A stretch of DNA of 64,000 bases from positions 256,001 through 320,000 of the forward strand of contig CAWJJC010000020.1 of the NCBI GenBank assembly GCA_963843145.1. Direction: 5' to 3'. The DNA is from an uncultured delta proteobacterium. GTDB taxonomy: Bacteria > Desulfobacterota > RBG-13-43-22. The notes under the pieces were generated by a model. That model did not search any database, was not told the DNA's origin, and saw only the letters and a list, made by a program, of their open reading frames with translations. Below are positions 47,700-57,806 of this stretch, piece after piece (position 1 is the first letter of the stretch; every line of letters begins with the position of its first letter). Made by a program: the position numbers and the translations under genes.

Positions 47700-47775
47700 G
47701 TCGCTTCGCCCTTTTGGGTGGATACCTCCCATATCTGGTATGGTCGCCGGGTCTCGACGAAAGGGTTTTCCAAAG
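47700..47775 (+). repeat. Dispersed ~77-bp repeat, copy E
   Basis: GTCGCTTCGCCCTTTTGGGTGGATACCTCCCATATCTGGTATGGTCGCCGGGTCTCGACGAAAGGGTTTTCCAAAG fills the intergenic gap. Confidence 0.8.
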
Positions 47776-47785
47776 GAAAGTGTCT

Positions 47786-48424
47786 ATGAGCAACCAAGCG
47801 CCGATTTTCGAGGAAACGGTCCGAAATTACCTGAACCAAGCGGCTCGACTCGATCTGGGCCGAATTGCCGAGATCCTGGGTCTCCGGGTAGAACAGGGAG
47901 AAGCCTTCATCCCTTTTTTCAGCCGAGTCTACCGGGTCTCGCCCCGGGGGATTTTCAATCCTTCGGGCCTGGAACCCATGCATGCCGTCAGCGTAGTCCT
48001 TTTAAAATACCTCATCCTCTCACCCGGACAGGTTTCTCCGGGCGGAGAAGACTGGGTGTCCTACAAGGACTTCAAGGATGCTGCCCCTTTCGTAACCGGC
48101 TTTGTCAACAACAGCGAACGGGCCATCGCCCGGAACTTTACCAACCGCCTTAGTCCACTGCGGGCAGCGGCCGAACAACTGGGGGCGCTTCCCCCGGAAC
48201 TGGAATTGTCTTACCAGTTTTCCGCCCGTTTCGAGGCCCTGCCCCGGGTACCCCTCCTGCTGCTGTTCAACGACGAGGACGAGGACTTCCCGGCCCAATG
48301 CAGCCTGCTGTTTCAACGCCGGGCGGAAAAATTTCTGGACAGGGAATGCCTGGCTATCCTAGGGTGGCTATTGGCGGACTTTCTGATTCAGGGGGCCGGT
48401 TTGGGGCAACGAACGGTTATGTGA
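47786..48424 (+). CDS. DUF3786 domain protein
   Basis: IPFF...Y.V, V.LLKYL, WVSYKDFKDAAP, F.ALPRVPLLL.FNDEDEDFPA.C.LLF...AEKFLD.ECLA. Confidence 0.8.
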   Translation: MSNQAPIFEETVRNYLNQAARLDLGRIAEILGLRVEQGEAFIPFFSRVYRVSPRGIFNPSGLEPMHAVSVVLLKYLILSPGQVSPGGEDWVSYKDFKDAAPFVTGFVNNSERAIARNFTNRLSPLRAAAEQLGALPPELELSYQFSARFEALPRVPLLLLFNDEDEDFPAQCSLLFQRRAEKFLDRECLAILGWLLADFLIQGAGLGQRTVM

Positions 48425-48498
48425 GGGGACTTATGGTCAGGCCCCGCGGACTAGTGTCCGAAGGGAAAACGAAATAATATTAAGTTCTGAGGGGTGCG

Positions 48499-49710
48499 TT
48501 GAAACACAAAACCCGGGGAATTTTGGCGGTAACCGGTAGCGCGGCGGCTATCTTTTGGCCCGGGGCCTTCATCTTCGGGTACCCCGGGGTCATGGGCCCC
48601 TTGTGGCAGCAGCAGTTCGGCGTCGGCCGGGGGGCGGTCGGGAACACCCTCTTTTTTGTCCTGGCCGCCGTGGGCTTTTTTATGTTTTTCGTCGGCCGCT
48701 GGCAGGAGCATTGGGGCACCCGCAAATTGATCACGCTCGGCGCCCTGCTTTGCGGCCTGAATACCTTTCTGATCGCCTATGCCGACCGCCTCTGGCTGGT
48801 CTACCTCTGGGCTTTTCTCAACGGCGCCGCTTCTTGCTTTATTTATATCCCGGGCCTGACCACCGTGCAGCGCTGGTTCCCGGCCCGGAGGGGGTTGGTG
48901 TCCGGCATGGTCAACCTGGTTTTCGGTCTCTCGGCCGCAATCATGGCCCCCCTGTTCGGTAGCCTGCTACAACGCTGGGGATATGTTTCCATGAACCTGG
49001 TTCTGGGCTGGAGCGCACTCATTACGGGTCTGGCCTTTGCTCAGATGACTGAAGTACCGGAACGGGTTGAAAAACCTTCTGAAAGGACAGCGGAGGAGGG
49101 TCCAGAGCTAGTCCCCTTACCCGGTGCGGTGGTGTCCGTTCGGGAAGCCATCCGATCAGGATCTTTCTGGTTTCTATGGTTGACTTGGGCGCTGATGGGG
49201 GCGGCGGGTATCGCCATGGTCTCCCTGGCCGTCCCTTTCGGTCTTTCCCGAGGAGTTGGCCCCCCTTCGGCTGTGATAATCCTGACGGCCTTTAACCTAA
49301 CCAACGGCTTCAGCCGCCTGATCATGGGATATCTTTCCGATAAAATCAGCCGCACGTCCGGTATGAGTTTGACCTTCCTGGCGGCCGGGTGTGCTTATCT
49401 TCTGCTGCCGCACGTCAACGGATGGGGTACGGCGGCCCTTTTGGCCGCTGTTATCGGCTTCGCTTTCGGCACCCTCTTTGCGGTCTCCGCCCCCCTGGCC
49501 GTGGACTGCTTCGGGCTAAGACATTTCGGGGCCATCTTCGGTCTGGTCTTCACCGCCTACGGTTTCGTGGCCGGCCTGATCGGACCTTCCCTGAGCGGTT
49601 ACCTGTTGGACTCCAGTGGGGGCAACTTCTCACTGGTCTTTACCTATCTGGGTTGTTTCGCTTTGATCTCTTCCTTCCTCATTCGCCGCATAAAACCGCT
49701 CAAGGTTTAA
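48499..49710 (+). CDS. MFS transporter, OFA/MCT-like
   Basis: About 12 TMs; RWFP.RRGL.SG....FG, NGFSRL..G.LSD, FG.RHFG.IFG. Confidence 0.88.
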   Translation: MKHKTRGILAVTGSAAAIFWPGAFIFGYPGVMGPLWQQQFGVGRGAVGNTLFFVLAAVGFFMFFVGRWQEHWGTRKLITLGALLCGLNTFLIAYADRLWLVYLWAFLNGAASCFIYIPGLTTVQRWFPARRGLVSGMVNLVFGLSAAIMAPLFGSLLQRWGYVSMNLVLGWSALITGLAFAQMTEVPERVEKPSERTAEEGPELVPLPGAVVSVREAIRSGSFWFLWLTWALMGAAGIAMVSLAVPFGLSRGVGPPSAVIILTAFNLTNGFSRLIMGYLSDKISRTSGMSLTFLAAGCAYLLLPHVNGWGTAALLAAVIGFAFGTLFAVSAPLAVDCFGLRHFGAIFGLVFTAYGFVAGLIGPSLSGYLLDSSGGNFSLVFTYLGCFALISSFLIRRIKPLKV

Positions 49711-49776
49711 CCCTCTTCCGAACTATTTCGAAAAAAAAAGCTTTTCCGTTCTCCCCTCCGCCTACCCGCTGATTAA

Positions 49777-49913
49777 TTACAATAATGTAAATTTATAAAT
49801 TGTAATTACATTTTTGGATTATATCTTCCGAGACCATCCCCGCCCACAAATCGAATAACCCATTGAATAATAGACATATAATTAACTTTCTCCTTTATGG
49901 CACGATCCCTGCA
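49777..49913 (+). promoter_or_regulatory. Sigma54 promoter (49898) with tandem upstream activator sites (49777, 49806)
   Basis: TGGCACGATCCCTGC (GG-N10-GC); TTACA-N4-TGTAA plus a second half-degenerate copy 15 bp later. Confidence 0.75.
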
Positions 49914-49997
49914 TTTTCTACCAATCAGCAAACGTTGGATCCGGATCCCCAACGACGTTTAAAAAAAATCTAAAGCAACCCTAAGGAGAAAAAGAAA

Positions 49998-50792
49998 ATG
50001 AGAAAACGTTTACTAAGCCTGATTATTTCGATGTTCATGCTGATGGCCTTTAGTCTGCCGGCCCTGGCCGAAGAAAAAAAGGAGGAGCCCAAGCCCTATT
50101 CCAGTGTTTCCGCCGGCTTCCTCAGCAAGTATGTCTGGCGGGGCTACGAATTGAGCAAGGACAGCCTGGTCATCCAACCCTCGATCACGGTTGGCTACCG
50201 GGGCTTTGAAGCCAACCTCTGGGGCAACCTGGACACCAATGACAAATTCACCGGGGCCGAAAAGGCCAAATGGAACGAGACGGACCTGACCTTGTCCTAT
50301 ACCCATGATCTGGGCCCGGTAAAACTGAGCGGCGGATATATCTACTATGCCCTCGAGGGGGTGGAGGACTCGCAGGAATTGTTCTTAAAGATTGGGGGGA
50401 ATTTCCTGCTCTCCCCCACCTTGTCCATTTATCGAGAAATCGCCAACTATCCGGGCTGGTACTTGAACTTGGGCGTCAGTCATTCCTTTAACCTGACCAA
50501 GGAAATCACCCTGGACCTGGGGGCCGGGATCGGCTACCAGATTTCCGATACCGACAAAATCCTGAAGTACGATTCCAATCGGCTGCCGACCGCCGACAAG
50601 TACAACGCCCTCCACGACGGAAATTTCTCGGTGGGGCTGACCGTTCCCTTCGGCAAGTATTTTTCGGTCAAACCGGTGATCAGCTACTCGGTGGCCCTGT
50701 CGGATGACGCCAAAAACCGCATCCGGGGCACCAGCCTGAGTGACAATAACGACTTTATTTACGGCGGAGTTATCCTGACCGCCGCCTTCTAG
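49998..50792 (+). CDS. Putative outer-membrane beta-barrel porin (TorF/TIGR02001-like)
   Basis: Signal peptide; SKYVWRG, VIQPS, WNETDLTLSY, GYIYY; C-terminal Phe. Confidence 0.75.
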   Translation: MRKRLLSLIISMFMLMAFSLPALAEEKKEEPKPYSSVSAGFLSKYVWRGYELSKDSLVIQPSITVGYRGFEANLWGNLDTNDKFTGAEKAKWNETDLTLSYTHDLGPVKLSGGYIYYALEGVEDSQELFLKIGGNFLLSPTLSIYREIANYPGWYLNLGVSHSFNLTKEITLDLGAGIGYQISDTDKILKYDSNRLPTADKYNALHDGNFSVGLTVPFGKYFSVKPVISYSVALSDDAKNRIRGTSLSDNNDFIYGGVILTAAF

Positions 50793-50948
50793 AGGAGGCC
50801 GAACCGAAGGCCAGACCCTGGAAATTCTGTTTAAAAAACGGACCGGGGTCTGGCCTGTCTCAACCAAGCCTTTCGCCTTGAATCCTAAAGAAAAAACGAC
50901 ATTTTTAGCGATAATTAACAGGGCCGACGATTGGACCGGGAGAATGTC

Positions 50949-51305
50949 ATGTTTAAAAAAATAAAGGCCTTGATCGATCCCTTTCATCTGGATGAAGTCC
51001 AAGTCGCCCTGGAGGAATTGGGCGTTAAAGGGGTGATCATTTCTTCATGCAACGATTTCGCCCCACAGAAAGGTCCGGCGATGATTTTCCGAGGAAAAGA
51101 AAGGGCGACAGACTATTTATCCGCCATCAGGCTCGAAATGGTGGTGGATCAGGAAATGGCCCGGGAGGTCATAGAAACCATTCAAGAAGCCGATGGGGCC
51201 GGCTTGGACCAAGTGAATAGGATTTCTGTTCTGCCCATTGAAGAAGTGATTTCCCTGGAAACCTTTGGGGACGCGGAATATCACGGCTTAGGGGGAGGAA
51301 CGTAA
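50949..51305 (+). CDS. Divergent P-II family protein
   Basis: [17 protein letters not shown]...GVKG, RLEMVV, V.PIEEV; ligand-binding motifs altered. Confidence 0.75.
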   Translation: MFKKIKALIDPFHLDEVQVALEELGVKGVIISSCNDFAPQKGPAMIFRGKERATDYLSAIRLEMVVDQEMAREVIETIQEADGAGLDQVNRISVLPIEEVISLETFGDAEYHGLGGGT

Positions 51306-51315
51306 AGGGGCGCGG

Positions 51316-52905
51316 ATGCCGGAGACAAAAGCATTACGCGAAATAAAAGAACTCACGCTTCTTTTTGATATCAGCACCAAGTTGAGCGAGGCCCTCGACC
51401 TGCAGACGGTCCTGCAACCCATCCTCCAAATGACCACGGAGTACATGGGTCTCCTCCGGAGTTCCCTGACCATTCTGAACCGGAAGAAAGGGGAAATCGT
51501 CATTGAAGAGGCCTACGGCCTGCGGCCGGAAGAACAGGCCAAGGGCAAGTATCGCCGGGGAGAAGGGATCACCGGCAAGGTCTTCGAGACCGGACAACCG
51601 GCCATTATTCCCAGAATTTCCGAAGAGCCTCTCTTCCTCGACCGGACCGGTTCGAGAAGAAAACTAGATAAGAGGGACATCGCCTTTATCTGCGTCCCCA
51701 TAAAAATCGGAAGCGAGGTGATCGGGACCCTCTCGGCGGACCGTTTGTCCACTGAAAAAGAGGCCCTGGAAGAGGATGCCCGCCTTTTAGCCATCATTGC
51801 CTCCAGTATTTCCCAAGCCGTACGGTTGCGTCAACAAGCCCAGGAGGAACTCGAAAAGGTCAGGGAAGAAAATCAGCGTCTTCAGGAGGCGTTGAAGAGC
51901 CGGTATAAGCCGAAGACCATCGTGGGGAATTCCAAGGCCATGGAGACTGTCTATTCCCTCATCGAACAGGTCTGCCGGACCAACGCCACGGTGTTGATCC
52001 TCGGTGAAAGCGGGGTAGGGAAAGAGCGGGTGGCCCAGGCCATTCATTACAACTCCAACCGGGCCGATAAGCCTTTCATTAAAGTCAATTGTGCGGTACT
52101 TCCCGAATCGCTCGCGGAAAGCGAGCTATTCGGCCATGAGAAAGGGGCCTTCACCGGCGCGACCGGGGCGCGCCAGGGACGTTTTGAGCTGGCCCACCAG
52201 GGAACGATTTTTCTCGACGAGATCGGCGACCTGCCAACCTTGGTCCAGACCAAACTCTTGCGCGTCCTTCAGGAAAAGGAATTTGAGCGCATCGGCGGCA
52301 ACACCACCCTCAAGGTGGACGTACGCATCATTACCGCCACCAACCGGAATCTGGAAGAACTCATGGGAAAAGGGAAATTTCGAGAGGATCTCTATTACCG
52401 GCTAAGCACCTTTCCCATCATGGTCCCGCCCCTGCGACAACGAAAGACCGATATTATGCTCCTGGCCGACTACTTTCTCGAAAAATACGGAAAAGAGCAC
52501 GGAAAGAAAATAACCCGGATATCGACGACGGCCACCGATATGTTGATGAACTATCACTGGCCGGGTAATGTCCGGGAGTTGGAAAACTGCCTGGAACGGG
52601 CGACTATTTTATGCACCGACGGCGTTATTCACGGCTATCTTCTCCCGCCGAACCTGCAGCGGAGCGACTCGAACGGGGGCGGGGGGAACGGCGGTTCGTT
52701 CAAGGCGATGATCCACGGAATGGAAAAGGAAATCCTCGCTGAAGAATTGAAACGTTCCCGGGGCAACCTGGCCAAGGCCGCCCGGGCTCTGGGGATGACC
52801 GAGCGAATGATCGGGCTGCGCGTCGCCAAATACAGGATCGAGCCGTCGCAATTCAAATCAAAACCCTACCATTCGGTAGACTTTGATCCAAATTCCAACT
52901 TTTAG
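51316..52905 (+). CDS. nifA: NifA-like sigma54-dependent activator (GAF-AAA+-HTH)
   Basis: [11 protein letters not shown] domain, [34 protein letters not shown]-terminal HTH; directly upstream of nifH. Confidence 0.85.
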   Translation: MPETKALREIKELTLLFDISTKLSEALDLQTVLQPILQMTTEYMGLLRSSLTILNRKKGEIVIEEAYGLRPEEQAKGKYRRGEGITGKVFETGQPAIIPRISEEPLFLDRTGSRRKLDKRDIAFICVPIKIGSEVIGTLSADRLSTEKEALEEDARLLAIIASSISQAVRLRQQAQEELEKVREENQRLQEALKSRYKPKTIVGNSKAMETVYSLIEQVCRTNATVLILGESGVGKERVAQAIHYNSNRADKPFIKVNCAVLPESLAESELFGHEKGAFTGATGARQGRFELAHQGTIFLDEIGDLPTLVQTKLLRVLQEKEFERIGGNTTLKVDVRIITATNRNLEELMGKGKFREDLYYRLSTFPIMVPPLRQRKTDIMLLADYFLEKYGKEHGKKITRISTTATDMLMNYHWPGNVRELENCLERATILCTDGVIHGYLLPPNLQRSDSNGGGGNGGSFKAMIHGMEKEILAEELKRSRGNLAKAARALGMTERMIGLRVAKYRIEPSQFKSKPYHSVDFDPNSNF

Positions 52906-53043
52906 GTAGCTTTTATCTTGGCAACACCCCAGCCCTAAATGCTTCCCGGCCCGTTTCTTTTAAAAGAAGAATCCTCACATCCCCTTGGTTTTTAAACGGG
53001 TTTTCCCACTACCCTCATCACTAGCCCTCGCACCATTAACTGT

Positions 53044-53058
53044 TGGCATCTAACTTGC
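53044..53058 (+). promoter_or_regulatory. Sigma54 promoter of nifH
   Basis: TGGCATCTAACTTGC (GG-N10-GC); CTACC-N4-GGTAG palindrome at 52866 and a degenerate copy at 52896. Confidence 0.8.
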
Positions 53059-53081
53059 CTTATACCGTTACGACTGATTGA

Positions 53082-53927
<846 letters not shown>

Positions 53928-53964
53928 TAAGGCACAGAATGCTGTTACAGAAGGAGGAATAAAA

Positions 53965-54318
53965 ATGTTGATGATCAGAGCTATAGTCAGGCCGGAGCGA
54001 GTGGATACCGTTCTGGAACATTTGATGGCTGAAGGTTTCCCGGCCGTAACCCGGATGAGTGTTTCCGGCCGCGGCAAACAGCGGGGCATCAAGATAGGCG
54101 ACATTACCTACGATGAAATACCCAAGGAATTGTTGCTGATGGTGGTTCCGGAGGCCGATAAGGATCTAGTGATTAGAACCGTTTTAACGGCTGCCCGTAC
54201 CGGCGATAAGGGCGCCTTTGGTGACGGCAAAGTGTTCGTGTCGCCGGTAGATGAAGTGTACACCGTCAGCTCGGGAATCAAGGAGACGGCGGCGGGAGCG
54301 GAGGAGGTCAAGCTATGA
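53965..54318 (+). CDS. nifI1: P-II-like nitrogenase regulator NifI1
   Basis: MIRAIVRPE, GRGKQRG...G...YDE.PK, G.FGDGK.FVSPV; between nifH and nifD. Confidence 0.92.
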   Translation: MLMIRAIVRPERVDTVLEHLMAEGFPAVTRMSVSGRGKQRGIKIGDITYDEIPKELLLMVVPEADKDLVIRTVLTAARTGDKGAFGDGKVFVSPVDEVYTVSSGIKETAAGAEEVKL

Positions 54319-54695
54319 AAGAGGTCCTGGCCGTTATCCGGATGAATAAGGTCAACCAAACCAAAAAGGCTCTGGTCGAAGCCGGCATATCCTCCATGCA
54401 TGCCCGGGAATGCCTGGGCCGCGGCAAAGGCTTGGTGGACCTCGACCTGCTTAAAGGGGCGGAGCAGGGTTATGAAGAGGCCATCGCCCAACTCGGGAAC
54501 AGCCAGAGGCTGATTCCCAAGAGGATGATCTCGATCATTATCCCCGAGAAGCTGGTTGAAAAAACCGTTTCCACGATTGTCTCCGTGAATCGCACCAACA
54601 AGCCGGGGGACGGCAAGATCTTTGTCCTGCCTGTTTTCGATGTCATTCGCCTTCGGACCGGGGAGACCGGTGATGACGCCCTGGATGAAGGGTGA
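54315..54695 (+). CDS. nifI2: P-II-like nitrogenase regulator NifI2
   Basis: MKEVLAVIRMNK.NQTK.AL, GRGKG, RLIPKR, GDGKIFVLP. Confidence 0.92.
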   Translation: MKEVLAVIRMNKVNQTKKALVEAGISSMHARECLGRGKGLVDLDLLKGAEQGYEEAIAQLGNSQRLIPKRMISIIIPEKLVEKTVSTIVSVNRTNKPGDGKIFVLPVFDVIRLRTGETGDDALDEG

Positions 54696-54716
54696 AAGGG
54701 GTAAAGGAGAAAAGTT

Positions 54717-56369
54717 ATGAGCACAAACACAGAGACTGCCAAGGTCCTGGCCATTGATCCCTTAGAGGTCAAAAAGGAAATTCTTAAAAAATATCCGGTC
54801 AAGGTAGCCCGCAAACGGGCCCGACAGATCGTGATCAACCCAGTCGAGCCAGCCGAAGGAGTGCCGGAGATTCAGGCCAATACCCGGACCATTCCCGGGA
54901 TCCTGTCCATGCGGGGCTGCGCCTATGCCGGGTGCAAGGGGGTGGTCCTCGGTCCCACCCGGGACATCCTGCAGATTACCCACGGCCCTATCGGCTGTGG
55001 ATTTTACAGTTGGCTGACCCGTCGTAACCAGACCAGGCCGAAAACCCTAACCGATCCGAACTATATGCCTTATGCGTTGTCCACCGACATGCAGGAAGAA
55101 GAGATCATCTTCGGTGGTGAGAAGAAGCTGAAAAAGGCTGTCCAGGAGGCGATTGAACTCTTTCACCCCAAGGCCATCGGTATATTCTCCACCTGTCCCG
55201 TGGGACTCATCGGCGACGATGTGCACGCCGTGGCCCGGGAGATGGAAGAAAAATATCCCGGCGTCAATATTTTCGGCTTCAGTTGTGAAGGCTATAAAGG
55301 GGTGAGCCAGTCGGCCGGCCATCATATCGCCAACAATAAAGTCTTCACCGACGTGGTGGGTCAGCTCGAAGCCCCGAAGGAGGGGGCCTTCCGGCTTAAT
55401 ATCCTGGGCGAGTATAACATCGGAGGCGACGCCTTTGAGATCGAGCGGATCACCGAAAAATGCGGCCTCACCGTCCACTCCACCTTCAGCGGTAATTCGG
55501 AATATGACGAATTCGCCAGCGCCCATACGGCCGACCTGAACGTGGTCATGTGCCATCGGTCCATCAATTACCTGGCTGAGATGATGGAGAAGCGCTACGG
55601 CATCCCCTGGTTCAAGATCAATTTCGTAGGGGCCCAGGCCACGGCCAAATCCCTGCGCAAAATCGCCGCCTATTTCGGTGACCGGACCCTGATGGAAAGG
55701 GTGGAGACGGTTATCGCCGAAGAGCTGCCCGAGGTGGAGAAGGTTCGTCTGGAGGTCAAGGCCCGCTGTGAAGGGAAACTGGCCATGCTCTTCGTCGGCG
55801 GCTCCCGGGCCCATCACTATCAGGAGCTTTTCGAGGAGATCGGCATGCGGACCGTTTCGGCGGGATACGAATTCGCCCACCGGGATGATTATGAAGGCCG
55901 GAAGGTCATCCCCCATATTACCGTCGATGCCGATACCCGTAATATCGAAGAATTAACCGTCGGGCCCGATGCTGCCCGCTTCCGGCCCCGTAAAGGGGCG
56001 GATGAGATCGATAGGCTTCGTCAGGAGGGCATCCGGTTTAATGAGTATGAGGGGATGATGCCGCTCATGGCCGACAACAGCCTGGTGATCGATGACCTGA
56101 ACCATTACGAAACCGAAGTGCTCATTGAGAAATACAAACCGGATATTTTCTGCGCCGGTATCAAAGAAAAATATGTCGTTCAGAAGGCCGGCATTCCACT
56201 TAAACAGCTCCACAGCTACGATTACAGCGGGCCTTATGCCGGTTTCCAGGGGGCCATCAATTTTTATCGGGAAATGGATCGAATGGTCAACTCCAAGGTT
56301 TTTCGATTGGTCAAGGCCCCCTGGCAGGAAAACCCCGAGCTGGCCGGCTCCTACGGATGGAATGGATAA
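54717..56369 (+). CDS. nifD: Nitrogenase MoFe protein alpha chain (group II-type with insertion)
   Basis: RGCAYAGCKGVV, HGPIGC, TCPVGLIGDD, VMCHRS, GYEFAH, QLHSYDY. Confidence 0.97.
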   Translation: MSTNTETAKVLAIDPLEVKKEILKKYPVKVARKRARQIVINPVEPAEGVPEIQANTRTIPGILSMRGCAYAGCKGVVLGPTRDILQITHGPIGCGFYSWLTRRNQTRPKTLTDPNYMPYALSTDMQEEEIIFGGEKKLKKAVQEAIELFHPKAIGIFSTCPVGLIGDDVHAVAREMEEKYPGVNIFGFSCEGYKGVSQSAGHHIANNKVFTDVVGQLEAPKEGAFRLNILGEYNIGGDAFEIERITEKCGLTVHSTFSGNSEYDEFASAHTADLNVVMCHRSINYLAEMMEKRYGIPWFKINFVGAQATAKSLRKIAAYFGDRTLMERVETVIAEELPEVEKVRLEVKARCEGKLAMLFVGGSRAHHYQELFEEIGMRTVSAGYEFAHRDDYEGRKVIPHITVDADTRNIEELTVGPDAARFRPRKGADEIDRLRQEGIRFNEYEGMMPLMADNSLVIDDLNHYETEVLIEKYKPDIFCAGIKEKYVVQKAGIPLKQLHSYDYSGPYAGFQGAINFYREMDRMVNSKVFRLVKAPWQENPELAGSYGWNG

Positions 56370-56384
56370 GGAAAGGAGAACGTT

Positions 56385-57761
56385 ATGCTGTTAAGACATA
56401 CACCGGAGGCGGTGACGGAGCGAACGGCCCTGACCGTCAACCCGGCCAAGACCTGTCAACCCGTAGGGGCCATGTACGCGGCCCTGGGTATCCATAATTG
56501 CCTTCCCCACAGTCATGGTTCGCAGGGGTGCTGTGCCTACCACCGCAGTGCCCTGACCCGGCACTATAAGGACCCCATCATGGCTACGACCAGTTCCTTC
56601 ACCGAAGGGGCCTCCGTCTTCGGCGGACAGGCCAATCTGGTGGAATCGATCAATAATATCTTTACTATCTATAACCCTGAGGTGATTGCCGTCAATACCA
56701 CCTGCCTGTCGGAGGTCATCGGCGACGATCTGCCCCAGATCATCAATAAGGCCCGGGCCGACGGCAAGATACCGTTGGGCAAAACGGTCATCCACGCCAA
56801 CACTCCCAGTTTCAAGGGGTCTCATGTGACCGGGTTTGCCAATATGACTTCGGCCATGGTCCAGTATCTATCGGAACAGTCGGGGAAACGAAGCCAGCAG
56901 ATCAACATCATTCCCGGCTACGTGGAGCCTTCCGATATGGCTGAGATCAGACGGATCGCCACGGAAATGGGTGTTAAAGCCACTCTATTTCCCGATACTT
57001 CCGGAGTGGTGAACAGTCCTTTGGACGGCAAGTTCCACCTCTATCCCAAGGGTGGCGCCACCACGGAAGAGATCAAAAGCGCCGGTGACGGTTCTTTTAC
57101 GCTGGCCTTGGGAAGGACCGCTTCGCTCCCGGCAGCCAAACTCCTGGATACGAAGTGCAAGGTCCCCTTTGAGTGCCTTGACCTACCGATCGGGCTGCGG
57201 GCCACCGATAGCTTTGTCGATCTATTGAGGAAAACGGCCGGGGTCAACGTACCGGAGAGCCTCATGGTGGAGCGGGGCCAGGTGGTAGATGTGCTGACCG
57301 ATATGCACCAATATTTCTACCGAAAAAAAGCGGCCCTGATCGGTGACCCGGACCACCTGATATCGCTGGCTCAATTTCTGACCGATTTGGATATGGACGT
57401 GCGTCTCATCGTCACAGGAACACCGGCCGGGCCGAAGTTTGTCCGCCGCCTTCGGGAGTTCGTCGGCGAGGATACGGTGGTCAAAGAGGGTCTGGGTGTG
57501 GATATGTTTCAGTTCCATCAACTCGTCAAAAAGGAGAGACCGGACCTCCTCTTCGGTAATACCTATGTCAAGTATATAGCCCGGGATGAAGACATCCCCC
57601 TGGTCCGCTTCGGCTTCCCCATCTACGACCGGGTGGGGCACCAGTATTTTCCGATTACCGGATACCGTGGGGCCCTGCGGCTCCTGGAAAAGATACTCAA
57701 TGCCCTCCTGGACAGGCAGGATCGCGATGCCCCGGAGGAAAGCTTTGAATTGGTGATGTGA
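56385..57761 (+). CDS. nifK: Nitrogenase MoFe protein beta chain
   Basis: NPAKTCQP.GA, HGSQGCC, TTCLSE.IGDD, GSHVTG, GFPI.DR. Confidence 0.97.
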   Translation: MLLRHTPEAVTERTALTVNPAKTCQPVGAMYAALGIHNCLPHSHGSQGCCAYHRSALTRHYKDPIMATTSSFTEGASVFGGQANLVESINNIFTIYNPEVIAVNTTCLSEVIGDDLPQIINKARADGKIPLGKTVIHANTPSFKGSHVTGFANMTSAMVQYLSEQSGKRSQQINIIPGYVEPSDMAEIRRIATEMGVKATLFPDTSGVVNSPLDGKFHLYPKGGATTEEIKSAGDGSFTLALGRTASLPAAKLLDTKCKVPFECLDLPIGLRATDSFVDLLRKTAGVNVPESLMVERGQVVDVLTDMHQYFYRKKAALIGDPDHLISLAQFLTDLDMDVRLIVTGTPAGPKFVRRLREFVGEDTVVKEGLGVDMFQFHQLVKKERPDLLFGNTYVKYIARDEDIPLVRFGFPIYDRVGHQYFPITGYRGALRLLEKILNALLDRQDRDAPEESFELVM

Positions 57762-57806
57762 AAAAAAGACCCGAAGCACAAGGATTGAGGATAAAGGGAA
57801 AAAGAA

